Assembly (NCBI GenBank): GCA_964016885.1 | Contig: OZ024757.1 | Location: 4,278,001 to 4,342,000, forward strand | Length of the DNA: 64,000 nt | Reading direction: 5' to 3' | DNA from: Eledone cirrhosa | Taxonomy: Eukaryota | Part shown: one piece after another, positions 27,545 to 41,145 of the stretch | Numbering within the stretch: the first letter of the stretch is position 1 | Layout: each line of letters opens with the position of its first letter | Made by a program: the position numbers and the translations under genes | Notes under the pieces: model-generated | The model's input: the letters and a program-made list of their open reading frames with translations, nothing else | The model's database searches: none | What the model was told of the DNA's origin: nothing

Positions 27545-28140
27545 GGTGCTACTGGTAACATGTATCCCAGTGCAACCTGTCTCATGGTCGGGTCGTTGGC
27601 GACTAAACTGGCAACCCCACCAAGGTTTCTTGGTGAGGAGGGTGACTTTGGACATCCTGCAGGACTAAAAACAAAACCTGTCAAAGGGCAAAGGAGCTCT
27701 TAAGAGTCAATGGCCATCCAAAATCACAGGGAGAGATGACCCCTTAGCCTTTGTCAAGGCAGAATTCTAGGAGAAGGAAAACTCTGATATAAGACCTGCA
27801 ACCCTGATGGTATCCAATGATGTTGACTTGTTCTTCTTTTTGGTAAATATCATCTTGGTTAAGAGAGTGGGACTGGCTTTGCGCAGTGCCTTTGCTCACT
27901 ATAAAAGCTTCACGGCACAGGCATTGCTTTATATCTGGAGATCTCTCTGCACTTGTCCTCACATGGTACCATGGGCCCAGCACTATGTGTCAATAATTGT
28001 CACAAGTGTAGTGTTTGTACCAGAGTTTTCAAGTCGCTGACTGGACTAAAAAGTCACACTCGTTCAGCGTATCGGTAGGGGTTCTCCTACATGGATATAA
28101 AGTAGTGGCCGTACTCGAAGACGAGTTGGCAGCCACCATG
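27545..28140 (+). mobile_element. Non-coding RTE-associated SINE-like element
   Basis: Near-identical to 5735-6312 (inverted). Confidence 0.6.
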
Positions 28141-28191
28141 TATATATATATATATGTATGTATATATATATATGTGTATATATATGGATGC

Positions 28192-28225
<34 letters not shown>

Positions 28226-28254
28226 TATATACATATATATACACATATATATAT

Positions 28255-28744
28255 TCTATTCTAGGGCGGGTAAAATTCCCGAGATCCATGGACGAGTTCT
28301 CTCCAGCGGTCTCTGTCCCTCATTATCGCTGCCATGTCCTGCGTCTCCAACAGACCAGTGTCTGTCCTTAGGGCATCAACATACGTTAACCTTGGTCTTC
28401 CTCTTCCAGTGTGTCCATGTAGGGGCTCCCACAGGAGCATTGAGTGCAATGTCAACTCTAGATGTTGGTGAGCATGTCCAGCTAACCTCAGTCTCCTCTG
28501 TGTCATTTTGAGCTGACTTTTGGGAGGCTCCCATACAGCTCTGAGGTTTTTTTCCTCAGTGTATACTGATTAATATTCAGAGCCATCCTCAGCATTCTCG
28601 TGTCGCACCCATCCACCATCTGAAGAAGATTCTTGGTCATTGTCCAAGTCCCAGACTCGTACAACACAACAGCCTCCACTACAACAACGAAGAGGCGGAT
28701 TTTCAGGTCTTCACAAAGATCCGACTTCCACACCGATCTCAAGC

Positions 28745-28745
<1 letters not shown>
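28255..28745 (-). pseudogene. RTE-clade LINE 3' fragment
   Basis: ORFs 28503..28742 and 28261..28506 are joined by a frameshift; same family as the 17356 and 21235 fragments. Confidence 0.82.
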
Positions 28746-28775
<30 letters not shown>

Positions 28776-28806
28776 GTATATATATATATATATATATATT
28801 TATGAA

Positions 28807-28839
<33 letters not shown>

Positions 28840-28870
28840 GTACATATATGTGTATATATGTATATATATA

Positions 28871-29373
28871 TGTAACCCAGTACAACCTGTCGCATGATCG
28901 GGTCGTTCGCGACTAAACCGGCAACCCCACCAAGTTTACTTGGTGAGAGGGTCATTTTGGAAACCCTGCAGGACAAAAAGCAAAACCTTACAAAAGGCGG
29001 AAGAACTCATAAGAGTCAACGGCCATCCGAAAGTGTGTAAATATGTATATACACATGTACCGCGCTGTTAAACCACTGGGATTGAAGGACCCCTAGCGTG
29101 TGTCAGGGCTTTCTTCTAGGAGAAGGTAACTCAGGAAACTGGAATAACTCCGCTATAAAACCTACGGCTCAGTAGTTACCGATGATGTTGATCTTTTCTT
29201 CTTTTCGGGTTATAGCTACTGTCGCTCAGAGAGTGGGATTGGCTCAGTGCACAGTCTTTCCTCACTTTAAAAAATATCTTCACGCACAAGCATTGCACGA
29301 TAGAATTAATTAATAATTATTAATAATGGTATATCGTGCAATGGCCATACTCGATAACGAGGGAGCAGCCATA
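28871..29373 (+). mobile_element. Diverged relative of the 27545-28140 element
   Basis: Shared blocks gcgactaaac.ggcaaccccaccaag, taggagaagg, gagagtggga, tactcga..acgag..gcagcca. Confidence 0.6.
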
Positions 29374-29384
29374 ATATATGTATG

Positions 29385-29435
<51 letters not shown>

Positions 29436-29528
29436 GAAGAAATTCCGTCGGAAAGGTCCAGGAAAAAAGAGTGCTCTATGTAGTTTACAGGGATTAATAG
29501 TTATGTAATAAACAACACAAGATAATTA

Positions 29529-29588
29529 TTTCATTTACCACTGGTTTCTTGAAAGCAAACAAATCTGCTTTCAGTCATCAGAATGAAA
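29529..29588 (-). ncRNA. Type I hammerhead ribozyme
   Basis: TTTCATT-CTGATGA-c-TGAAAGCA/TGCTTTCA-a-GAAA-CCAGTGG-TA-AATGAAA: all three stems pair. Confidence 0.88.
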
Positions 29589-29819
29589 AAATCCTGGTGT
29601 TTTTATTGAATGTGGATTTTGAAAACAAAAATATAAGGAATATGAAAGAGAGACTGAAGGAAGAAGAGAAAAAGATAATAAATATATAAGTATATAAACA
29701 CATACAGACACACACACACACATATATACATATATGTTTATATGTATATATAGACATAAATAACATACACATAAATACACAAACACACACATATGTATAT
29801 ACATACATACATATATATA

Positions 29820-29939
29820 TATAGGAACCAGTAAGACCCCCTGGGGGTCTTACTGGTTCCTATTACCCACTCTACTACCCCAAGTATTGAGTACTTTGGT
29901 GCGTTATGGTCCACCTGGTTCCTTACCACATTTCCTTCG

Positions 29940-29940
<1 letters not shown>
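29820..29940 (+). mobile_element. Minimal fold-back (21-bp arms) with tail
   Basis: Palindrome ataggaaccagtaagacccc..ggggtcttactggttcctat; tail homologous to 2281-2360. Confidence 0.75.
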
Positions 29941-30017
<77 letters not shown>

Positions 30018-30101
30018 ATCAAACCGTGTCACTCTTCTTTCCTGATATATATATATATATACGATATTAACAAATGGAAACTATATTTATAAAACCATAT
30101 C

Positions 30102-30166
30102 TATTTTATTATACATATTTCAAGGATACCATGTTAAATTATGGTATGCTTTCATCAGACAAAATA
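30102..30166 (-). ncRNA. Minimal type I HHR in a solo Naiad-type pLTR (about 30062-30390)
   Basis: TATTTTGT-CTGATGA-aagcataccat..atggtatcctt-GAAA-TATGTA-TA-ATAAAATA. Confidence 0.8.
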
Positions 30167-30405
30167 CAATATATACAAGTTTTATAAATAAACATTGACG
30201 TACCCTTTCAAAATGCAACCGTTACTTTTGGAAGACATCAACGATAGTGGATTTGTTTATTTTAGTAAGTCGTTGTGTTAAGGAGAAGGAAAAACGGAGA
30301 GAGAGAAAAGTGGAGAAAGAAAGGGAGAGATAAATAAAGAAAAAGAAGAAAGAAAAAAAAATCGAAGAAAGAAAAAACAAAAAAAAAAAAAATATATATA
30401 TATAT

Positions 30406-30785
30406 ATCGGAGCTTGCGAGAATGAAGAGAACATATATTCTCTTCATTCTCGCAAGCTCCGATGAACTGACTGGTTATAACTTTGTATTGGCGATCGAGT
30501 AATGTGAAAATAAGCGGATAGCGATCTCTAGACCTACAAGTTCAGAGAAACAATTGTCAGCAATGAGATTTAAAACCTTTTTTGTATAGCAAACCGTGTC
30601 ACTCTCCTATCCTGATTTATTATTACTCCAAGTGTTTACAACATAGGAATTACAGCGTACTCGCAGCATCACTATGGACACGCCTTGTTGAGTCAAACTT
30701 AGCCAAGCGTTGATGTCATCCACTACCCGGAGTACCATAACTGGACTACACCTAAGTGGACTGCATATAACAATTATTTGTTACC

Positions 30786-30790
<5 letters not shown>
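30406..30790 (+). mobile_element. HHR-variant element with a 5' hairpin inversion
   Basis: Perfect hairpin at 30406-30463; GCT-CCGATGA..GAAA-CAATTG-TC-AGC at 30456-30561. Confidence 0.55.
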
Positions 30791-30875
<85 letters not shown>

Positions 30876-30877
<2 letters not shown>

Positions 30878-33800
30878 TTTCTGAATTTGTTTAGCAAGAT
30901 TCTTTATCTAAAAACGTGTGTTGAAACCGATATTGTTATGCTATGGGAGGGTCATGTTGCCAATAAGAAACACACGCACCAGTAGCTTTCGCTTCAATTT
31001 ATTATAAATTAAATTTATAAATTTTGGAATTTATAAATTTCCGGTTGGTTGGTTGGTTGGTTCCACAACCAAACGATTGTTCATATATTGTCAAAGTTCT
31101 TTCGTCACACATTCCCTGACCTCTTCAGTGACTGGGATTCTTTTCTTTGTTTTTGTGCCTCTCTTTTGTTCTGTCCTACGCCATCTTGTTTTTTCGTGTG
31201 TTGTGTGCTTAGTTTGCGCATGTATTACATCCGGGTGTCTGTTTGTTTATTTATTTGTTTATTTACATGTTACTGGTTGGTTGTTTGTTCTATGTGTGTG
31301 TGTGTTTTCATTTTGTCCTTAATTGTAAGTTGTGATGTTGCTATTCCATTCATGTTTTCTATTTAATTTTGGTTGGAGCTTATTTATGTTTATTGCCTCT
31401 GTGATTTGTCTAAACATTGCGTCTTTTCTGTGTGTAGATTCTATTATTATTTCTAGCTTCAAGATAGTAAAGAATCATCCACCAACATGCTAAAATAGAA
31501 CATAAGGTTAAATTAGAATTTAACCTTATGTTCTATTTTAGCATGTTGGTGGATGATTCTTTACTATCTTGAAGCTCTCGCAAGTGTTCATTTATCCGTT
31601 CTCCTATACTACGAGCTGTCTCACCTATGGACACTATATTATTAACCCTACATTGTCCTTCAATACATCTCATGCTATATACTACATTTCTAGTTTTACA
31701 GTTAATATGGGGGCTTAGTTTACAGATTATACATTTCTTATCTATACAGGGAGGTCTTTGAAAAGGGTATGTATTGCTAATAAGTGTTTTTATGGAGGTA
31801 TCTGGTCTTTCTACTTTCTTAATATTGAGTTTATGTTTATCTAGGGCCCTTCTAAGTTTGTAAGCTAATTCACCTCTAGCGGTTGTATTGATGAACATTA
31901 CACTCTGGTATTTATTGCTATCATACCATGAGTTTATTCTATTAACCTTATTCCTAGTTCTTTCTATTCTATTCCAAAATGTGCTCCCATACAAGGGGCA
32001 GGTCCCATTTGTATTATTATTTACCATTTTTTCCCATTTGGTTCTGGCTCCTCTATATACTCTGATTTTATCTCTCTGATTGTAACCAGAGAACTGCATA
32101 TGGTGGATGAAGTGTTGTATGTGTCTCTCTAGTTCTTTGGGCTTGCACATGCGGGACACGTTTCTCATCACCCATACCAAATCCGCAATCAGTATGTTGA
32201 TTTTGGTATGGTCCGAAACAGCTGAGTTTCGGTGCATCAGATATTTGGAAGTCATGGGTTTGGCATAATGGGAATGGAGGATTTGTTTTTGTTATTAATT
32301 GTTTCTACTTTTGGCACAAGGCCAGCAATTACACAGTACATTACTGGTACTTTATTTTATCGACCCCGTAAGGATGAAAGGCAAAGTTAACCTCGGCGGG
32401 ATTTGAACTCAGAATGGCAAGGGCCGTAACTCTATGCGTCAAAGCATGGCGTCCAACCCTCTACCGATACTGCCAATTCACCGCCTTTTTTGTTATTAAT
32501 GGTATCTAACCAGATCTCTGTGTCTAATACAGGTAATCGATGGCTGGGATGTTTGCTTTCGTAGTCTATAGTAACTCTAATACTCTGGTGGATGGAGTTA
32601 GCTATTTGCTGGATGCTTTCCATGGTGTTTTTCTCTAATTCCTGACTGTTCTCTAGTGGGGGTGTTTTTACTATGATGTTTATATCATCAACGTAGCGGG
32701 AGTACATTGTCAGGGTTAAGAGGTTGCTGTCTTCTAATTGTTCTTTAAGTTTAAGTTTAAGTCTATTGTCCCACCATACCATGAATAGGTTAGCTATGTT
32801 ACCTGCAATGCTAACACGAATGGCTGCTCCCTCCTCTTGGGCATTTGAACATATGTTCCTTAAGGGTTAATTTTATACTGGCCCCCACCACATGTGCAAT
32901 CATTTTCTTTAGTTCATCGTGGTTTTCGGGTGTCCGTATGGCTCTGGTCCACCCGTTCCATCTATCTGTGTGGGTTTTCTTGGCCATTGAGGTAATGGTA
33001 GGTGGTCTGCCTCTTGCTGGTCTTGTAGGGCACAGGTTGCTAAGGTCATATGTATCTAGATAATCATTACTATAGGTAAGTATAAGTAGGAGTCCCAGCT
33101 CACTGATATCAATCCCACTTATCATTTCTACGTATTTCTCCACAGCAAAATCCACGTCAATAGGGACACAACATCCATATTACCTATTATGCAGTTTGTT
33201 AGGTCCCTAGATCGGTTACCTTCGCTGATTCTGCTGAGGAGGTCCTCTGTGCTGACACATATAACTGGGGACATTTCAATGATAGAGTGTATGGTCAGGG
33301 AGAGGAAGTAGGAAAGTCTGTAGTTACTAGCAATGTTAGCTCCACAGACTGGCCGTGTTGGTGGTCCTGTGACAAGGTCACTTCTCGTTTTATGGTCTTT
33401 TCGAAGCCCATACAACGCTGGCACGTCATTGTTCCAGGCCTGGAAGTTGTTGTCAGTGCTTTTGTTGGGCTGCATTATGTTTCTCCACATCATCATATGG
33501 GCATTGAAGGTTTTTTTCCCTATCTTCATGCTCTTGTGGTGTTACTTCTCTTGTGTTAGTGATGTGGGTTGCATTACCTGGATGTAGTTTGACAGACTCT
33601 CAACCGACATTCTGCCAGACTTGTCTTTTGGAAAGCATGCAAGCTCTCCATTACGCGAGCGCTGCATGAGCTTACGCAAGCTATTTGCAGATTTTTCTCC
33701 CAGTTGCTGGGCCTCCATTCTATTTTGCTTCTTGCTATACTGTTCTATAATATTTCTAAATTTAGAACTAGCTATACTAAATTGTGCTTCTGTTTGTTCA

Positions 33801-35321
33801 TCGACCTGCGACGGCAATTGCGTGCATTTGTTAAAAGCTAAAGCCGTGGTGTGGACTCGTCGTAGGTCAAACGACATATCGAAAGGATTATAAAAAGTAG
33901 AATTCCAGGCTACTGCTTTATGTGTACTATTGCTATTGTTATTGTTAGTTATGTTGTTTCTGTTTCTATTTCCACCAAATGCCTCATGGTTGTTTCTATA
34001 TCTCTCATTATTACTCCTGTCTCTTTCCTCTGGCTCATTGTTATTATCTACTCTATTTTGTGTGTCTGTGTGTTCGTTTTGGTTATTTTCTCTGTTAGTA
34101 TCGATAGTCTCCCTTCTTTCAATCCTATTACCTTCCCTTATTTCTGTGTTACTCTCATTACCTGTTTTCTGTGTCTGTGTGTTTGTTAAGATTGTGGTGA
34201 GAGGCATAGAATGTGTGTGTGTTTGTGTGGTTGTTGATGTGTGCTGTTGTTGATGTGTGTTGTTGTTGTCTCCGTGTATGTTATTATTGTTGTGTGTGTT
34301 GTTATTGTTGTTTGTGTATAGGAGCACATTTTGGAATAGAATAGAAAGAACTAGGAATAAGGTTAATTGAATAAACTCATGGTATGATAGCAATAAATAC
34401 CAGAGTGTAATGTTCATCAATACAACCCCTAGAAGTGAATTAGCTTACAAATTTAGAAGGGCCCTAGATAAACATAAACTCAATATTAAGATAGTAGAAA
34501 GACCAGATACCTCCATAAAAACACTTATTAGCAAGACATACCCTTTTCAAAGACCCCCCTGTATAGATAAGAAATGTATAATCTGTAAACTAAGCTCCCA
34601 TATTAACTGTAAAACTAGGAATGTAGTATAGAGCATAAGATCTACTGAAGGACAATGTAGATATAAGAATATAGTGTACATAGGTGAGACAGCTCGTAGT
34701 ATAGGGGAACGGATAAATGAACACTGGCGAGAACTTCAAGATGGTAAAGAATCATCTGTACTCTACCAACATGCTAAAATAGAACATAGAAATAAAAATA
34801 GAATCTACGCACAGAAAAGACGCAATGTTTAGACAAATCACAGAGGCAATAAACATAAATGAACTCCAACCAAAATTAAATAGAAACATGAATGGAATAG
34901 CAACAGGACAACTTAAAATTAAGGACAAAATGAAAACACACACGCACATAGAACAAACAACCAACCAGTAACATGTAAATAAACAAATAAATAAACAAAT
35001 ATAAACACACACAGACACCCGGTTGTAACACATGCGCAAACTAAGCACACAACACACACAAAAACAAGATGGCGTAGGACAGCACAAAAGAGAGGCACAA
35101 AAACAAAGAAAAGAATCCCCAGTCACTGAAGAGGTCACATAACGAAAGAACTTTGTGACGAAAGAACTTTGACAATATATGAACAATCGCCTGGTTGTGG
35201 AACCAACCAACCAACCGGAAATTTATAAATTCCTAAATTTATAAATTTAATTTATAATAAACTGAAGTGAAAGAAACTGGTGCGTGTGTTTCTCATTGGC
35301 AACATGACCCTCCCAAAGCAT

Positions 35322-35328
<7 letters not shown>
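30876..35328. mobile_element. Head-to-head PLE pair: long minus copy (34313 to 30876) and short plus copy (34314-35328)
   Basis: Frameshifted RT (PALYGLRKDHK, YSRYVDDINI) and GIY-YIG; HHRs at 31090-31132 (-) and about 35122-35173 (+); tail only on the left end. Confidence 0.9.
32300..32485 (-). mobile_element. tRNA-derived SINE inserted in the PLE ORF
   Basis: Same family as 15647; target site duplication tttttgttattaat on both sides. Confidence 0.9.
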
Positions 35329-35372
<44 letters not shown>

Positions 35373-35845
35373 AAAAATTATATAAATAAATATATAAAGA
35401 TAAATAAACGAGCATGTGCAGTCACATGACCATACAAAAACAAAATACATATACAAGAAATGAATAAATAAAAGTCAAGTTCAAAAAAAATAAATAAAGA
35501 AAGAAAAATAAAAAATAAAAAAAATTAGCAAGTTGACAGCGATACGAAAGATGAAAAAAACACAAATAAAAAAAAATAAACAAACACACGTGGTAAGCAA
35601 AAGCACAAAATAAATATATATATATATATATATATATACATTTATATATACATATATATATATGTATATATATACGCATATATACACACACATACATAAA
35701 CAAATACACACACACATACATACACATACACATACATAGGAATATATACACACACAAGTATTTATACAATACAAACATATATACAGATAAGTATATACAT
35801 ACAATACATATATACACGCACATATTTATACATATATAAATATAT

Positions 35846-35936
<91 letters not shown>

Positions 35937-36269
35937 TTATTTATTAAAATAACTGATTAAAGTTTAAGCAAAGAATCGCTGCTTTCACCCTTAACGGGAT
36001 CTTCTGAAACTAACAAAGTGAATCTGTGAACGCAGAAGTGAATATTTCAAAAAACGTTGCAACCGGAGGAAGACAGGAAGGCGATACTTTGGTTCGTGGA
36101 AACGTTCCCTGGCAAAGAACGGGAAAAAACGAATATAATACGTCATTATTTTGAGCAGTGAAAAACAATTACGCGCAAAGACAAAACCACGTTTATGGTA
36201 TAAAAGAAGTCGTAGACTAATATTCTATTAGGTGGTTCATAGAGACGTTCTCTGTCAATGAACGGAAAT

Positions 36270-37903
36270 ATATTTAGAGGTTAAACAAGGTTCAATGAAT
36301 AAATCAAAGAATAAGTTTTACAATAGATTGGAAGCACTCCACAAGAATGGTTTTCCGGAATTATTAATATTAATTCAAAATATTAACAAAAATAGACATT
36401 CGTTGTGATCAAGTATATTTTATTATACATATTTCAGAGGTACTGAGCTATCTTCAACAGTACGTCCTCATCAGATAAAATAAGATGATGCATGACATAC
36501 CCTGACTAAGTAGACGGTTAAGATTCAGTCATGGCAGTGAATAAGATTTGACAAAACTCAATATTTATATACTTTAAGATTGAGACATGAAAAAATTACA
36601 TATAATGCAAAGGGTGTGTGTGAGAAAGCTTATAAAAATACATAATAGCAATTTACATAACTGTTAGAGATTTAAATAATTTAAATTATTGAAGAAAGAA
36701 GAAAGACAGAGAGAGAAACAGATGAGGAAAAAGATAGTTACTAGAAGTATAGAAATATCTTATGCACGAAAGCAAAAGAGAATTGATTAAGGATAGAGAG
36801 ACAAGGAGGAATAATTGTTATAGAATAAAGTATAGGGAGGGAGATTTGTATTCTCGTGGATAAATAGCGTATAATTAGATGCAAAAATATTTATATATAA
36901 ATAAATAAATATGCATTTGGGCATAGTTTTGTGAAAGAATAATTTCGAATCGTTGAATTATCTAGAAATAATCATCAATCTAAATATCAAATATATCTGG
37001 GTGTAATTATATCAGGGTTTAATTTCAAGTCCTTAAGTTAATTAGAAATAGACTATTAATCAATTATATATATCCAAACGTATCCGAATGACCGTTAAAT
37101 TACGAATCATTTATGTTAGTTCAAAATAGTGAATTAATCTAAAGGTATAATATTTCGAGCTACAAAAATTTATAAGTATTTATATTATAGTATAATATCA
37201 TATTTAAAGTATTTGCAAACATGAGAAAGAAGAGACTTAATATTTTCTTCATCCCGAAGAATGATTGATTGATTATTGCTAGATTGATTGATTATTTCTA
37301 GATAATTCAACGATTCGAAATTATTCTTTCCCAAAGCTATGCCCAAATGTATATTTATTTATTTATTTATATATATATATTTCTGCATCATCTAATTATA
37401 CGCTATTTATCCACGACAATACAAATCTCCCTCCCTATGCTTTATACTATAAAAATTATTCCTCCTTGTCTCTCTATCCCTAATCAATTCTCTTTTGCTT
37501 TCGTGCATAAGATATTTCTATACTTCTAGTAACTATCTTTTTCCTCATCTGTTTCTCTCTCTGTCTTTCTTCTTTCTTCAATAATTTAAATTATTTGAAT
37601 CTCTAACAGTTATGTAAATTGCTATTATGTATTTTTATAAGCTTTCTCACACACACCCTTTGTATTATATGTAAATTTTTCATGTCTCAATCTTAAGGTA
37701 TATAAATATTGAGTTTTGTCATATCTTATTCACTGCCATGACTGAATCTTAACTATCTACTTAGTCAGGGTATGTCATGCATCATCTTATTTTATCTGAT
37801 GAGGACGTACTGTTGAAGATAGCTCATTACCTCTGAAATATGTATAATAAAATATACTTGATCACAACGAATGTCTATTTTTGTTAATATTTTGAATTAA
37901 TAT
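36270..37903. mobile_element. Large non-coding fold-back element with paired outward HHRs and tail
   Basis: Arms 36368-36982 and 37280-37903; HHRs at 36416-36482 (-) and 37788-37854 (+): TATTTTAT-CTGATGA..GAAA-TATGTA-TA-ATAAAATA. Confidence 0.88.
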
Positions 37904-37920
37904 ATATATATATATATATA

Positions 37921-38239
37921 TATAAACGTTTGTATATGTATAATAAAGCCAAAACAATGCAGGTATGGACATAGAATAAAGAATGCAAATGCAAAAGATA
38001 TTGTTGACAATTAGTTTTTTACCTTAGATTTATTTAAATGTCCTTAATTTTCGAGATAATATCTCTTCTTCGGAGGGATGTAAAGCTATTAAACCAGTGT
38101 TCTAAATAGCTTGCCAAGTCATGCTGACAGAAAATGGTATAGAGTATGTATGTCCATACCTGCATTGTTTTGGCTTTATTATACATATACAAACGTTTAT
38201 ACTTCATTACACAATGCTTCAACTGAACTATAACTTCCT

Positions 38240-38241
<2 letters not shown>
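37921..38241. repeat. Fold-back element (53-bp arms) with short tail, in (TA)n
   Basis: 37921-37973 is the reverse complement of 38149-38201. Confidence 0.8.
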
Positions 38242-38303
<62 letters not shown>

Positions 38304-38311
<8 letters not shown>

Positions 38312-39206
38312 ATACATTAACAGAGAAAGCTTTACGCAATACTCCGACCGGCTTCCGTCTCACTCAACAAACATTAGGATATACCTTAGTATAATCCCAA
38401 TTTTACGTTTGGGGTGCTAACTATATGTATTTTGCGGATAGCCAGTTGTATTATTTTATATGAGACATAATTAAAATACACCTCCCTTTCCAAACAATTG
38501 TTTCATTATAAGTTTTCTACAAATTGGGAAAATATGTCCAGGTTATGTAGAAGCCTACACATAGTCCGTAGGAATATATGCAGGTGGGCACTTATAAATC
38601 ATCAGTGGATGCCCGTCAAACATCGATATAAATAAATGTTCTTACCGATATCTAATGTTCAGCGATGGTGCCCTTCCGTGTCAGAATGACCGCCAAATTT
38701 GAAATTCCAGCAATCTCAGAATGAGAAATTTCATACTGTCATCAAGCGGAAAGGGGAGGTCATCGTAAAACATAAGAGAATAAAATAATATGCACGCGGG
38801 TCAATTAATTCTTTCAATAATTTTAACCTTGCGTGTGAAGAACTCAATTAGATATAAAAAAATAAATATATGCATGTATTATTTATACACGCTTATAGGT
38901 ATTTTCTTAGGCTAAAAACAGAGATAAGATACCGGAATAACAATCAATATTTCATACAAATAATAAATACGGAAAGTTACACTTAAAAAGTATCTGGAAA
39001 TATTCATCTCTGGCCAAATCAAGAGTATAATATTTAATACATTAACAGAGAAAGCTTTAAGCAATACTCCGACCGGCTTCCGTCTCACTCAACAAACATT
39101 AGGATATACCTTAGTATAATCCCAATTTTACGTTTGGGGTGCTAACTATATGTATTTTGCGGATAGCCAGTTGTATTATTTTATGAGACATAATTAAAAT
39201 ACATCT

Positions 39207-39210
<4 letters not shown>
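38304..39210. mobile_element. Non-coding element with ~180-bp direct terminal repeats, in (TA)n
   Basis: 38304-38487 is nearly identical to 39030-39210. Confidence 0.75.
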
Positions 39211-39282
<72 letters not shown>

Positions 39283-39286
<4 letters not shown>

Positions 39287-39522
39287 ATAATAATAAATTT
39301 GAAAACTAAAATCCAAAGAGGGCTCGATAAGGATAAATATATATCAAATATATTAGAACCGGAGAGCAAATATTTATTAAAATAACAGATTAAAGTTTAA
39401 GCAAAGAATCGCTGCTTTCACCCTTAACGGGATCTTCTGAAACTCAGAGTTTCAGAAGGTCCCGTTAAGGGTGAAAGCAGCGATTCTTTGCTTAAACTTT
39501 AATCTGTTATTTTAATAAATAT
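39283..39522. mobile_element. Fold-back element (75-bp arms), degenerate HHR, with tail
   Basis: Arms 39370-39445 and 39447-39522; CAGAAGA-tcccgttaagggt-GAAA; fragments also at 12756, 17670 and 35937. Confidence 0.75.
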
Positions 39523-39720
39523 ATATACACACATATATTAAAAATATAAAAATATATAAATGAATAAATACATTCACACACGCATATACATGAGAAAAAC
39601 CATACAACCACATACACACATATATATAAGTAAATACTTATATATAAAAAATTCATACATACACACATACGCATATAAACACATACATACGCACGCATAT
39701 ATATATATATATACATATAC

Positions 39721-39780
<60 letters not shown>

Positions 39781-39786
<6 letters not shown>

Positions 39787-40576
39787 GAAATAACAGGAAA
39801 CTGGGCTGGTGTAAATCCTTGAAAGGTTTATTATACTATGATCATTTCAATGACCGGGTTCCATATGAATCCGGTGATATCATCAGGTATTGGAATATAA
39901 CAAAGGAATATGTAAAAGCCATGGGTCCGAAAAGCCATGGGTCCGAAAAGCCATGGGTCCGAGAAACCAGAGACAGAGAGAGCGGCTGACCAACTAGCTT
40001 CACAGCCAGCCGCCCTCAAAGTGTTGGCAACCGAAAACTACCAGTGAATATCTGGTAAGGAGGCGCAGGCCTATCATGTACTACCACCTTACACTACACT
40101 TCTTTCTCCATTTCTTTTTCCCCCCTCTTCTTTCACGGAGTGGTGGTAGTACATGATAGGTCTGCGCCCCCTTACCAGATATTCATTGGTAGTTTTCGGT
40201 TGCCAACACTTTGAGGGCGGCTGGCTGTGAAGCTAGTTGGTCAGCCGCTCTCTCTGACTCTGGTTTCTCGGACCCATGGTTTTTCGGACCCATGGCCTTT
40301 TACATATTCCTTTGTTATATTCCAATACCCGATGATATCAACGGATTCATATGGAACCCGGTCATTGAAATGATCATAGTATAATAAACCTTTCAAGGAT
40401 TTACACCAGTCCAGCCTCCTGTTATTTCATTTATAATTAACTCCGTATTCGCACCACCAACTACACAAACGAAGATGGGTGAACTGCACCCCATTGAGTA
40501 CTCTTCACAATATTACACCAGGATTGACCATACGGAATGACCAGTTCTATCCAGTGGTGAACCAACAAACCTTAAG

Positions 40577-40579
<3 letters not shown>
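39781..40579. mobile_element. Fold-back element with paired outward HHRs and tail
   Basis: Arms 39781-40088 and 40142-40434; ATAC-CTGATGA..GAAA-TGATCA-TA-GTAT; same family as 49147-50105. Confidence 0.88.
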
Positions 40580-40621
<42 letters not shown>

Positions 40622-41066
40622 CATATATATAAATATAATTAAAAAAGGTGGAAGGGGTATTCAAAGGGTTGGAAATACGACAAATATAAGTAAAAAAATT
40701 TAAATGTTATTAACTGAAGTAGAGCACTCGGGTAAATATGATATTAAATGTTAAATATCTTTGTATATAATTATATATATATACACATACATACACACAC
40801 ATATATATACATATATATATATACATATACATACACATATATACACACACACACAAAATACACACACACATATATATATATATACATATATACATACATA
40901 TACATACATACACATACATATATACATATATACATATATATATATACACACACACACACATATATATATATATAAATATGCATACATACAAACATATGAA
41001 AAAAAACGTGCATATTCACGCACAATAATTACATACTCACAAAAGCACATATATATATACATATAC

Positions 41067-41145
<79 letters not shown>

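Noticed and set aside
28132-28140. Perfect Kozak GCCACCATG before a microsatellite (also at 5735, minus)
   Set aside because: It is the element's 3' terminus running into its repeat tail, with no meaningful ORF.
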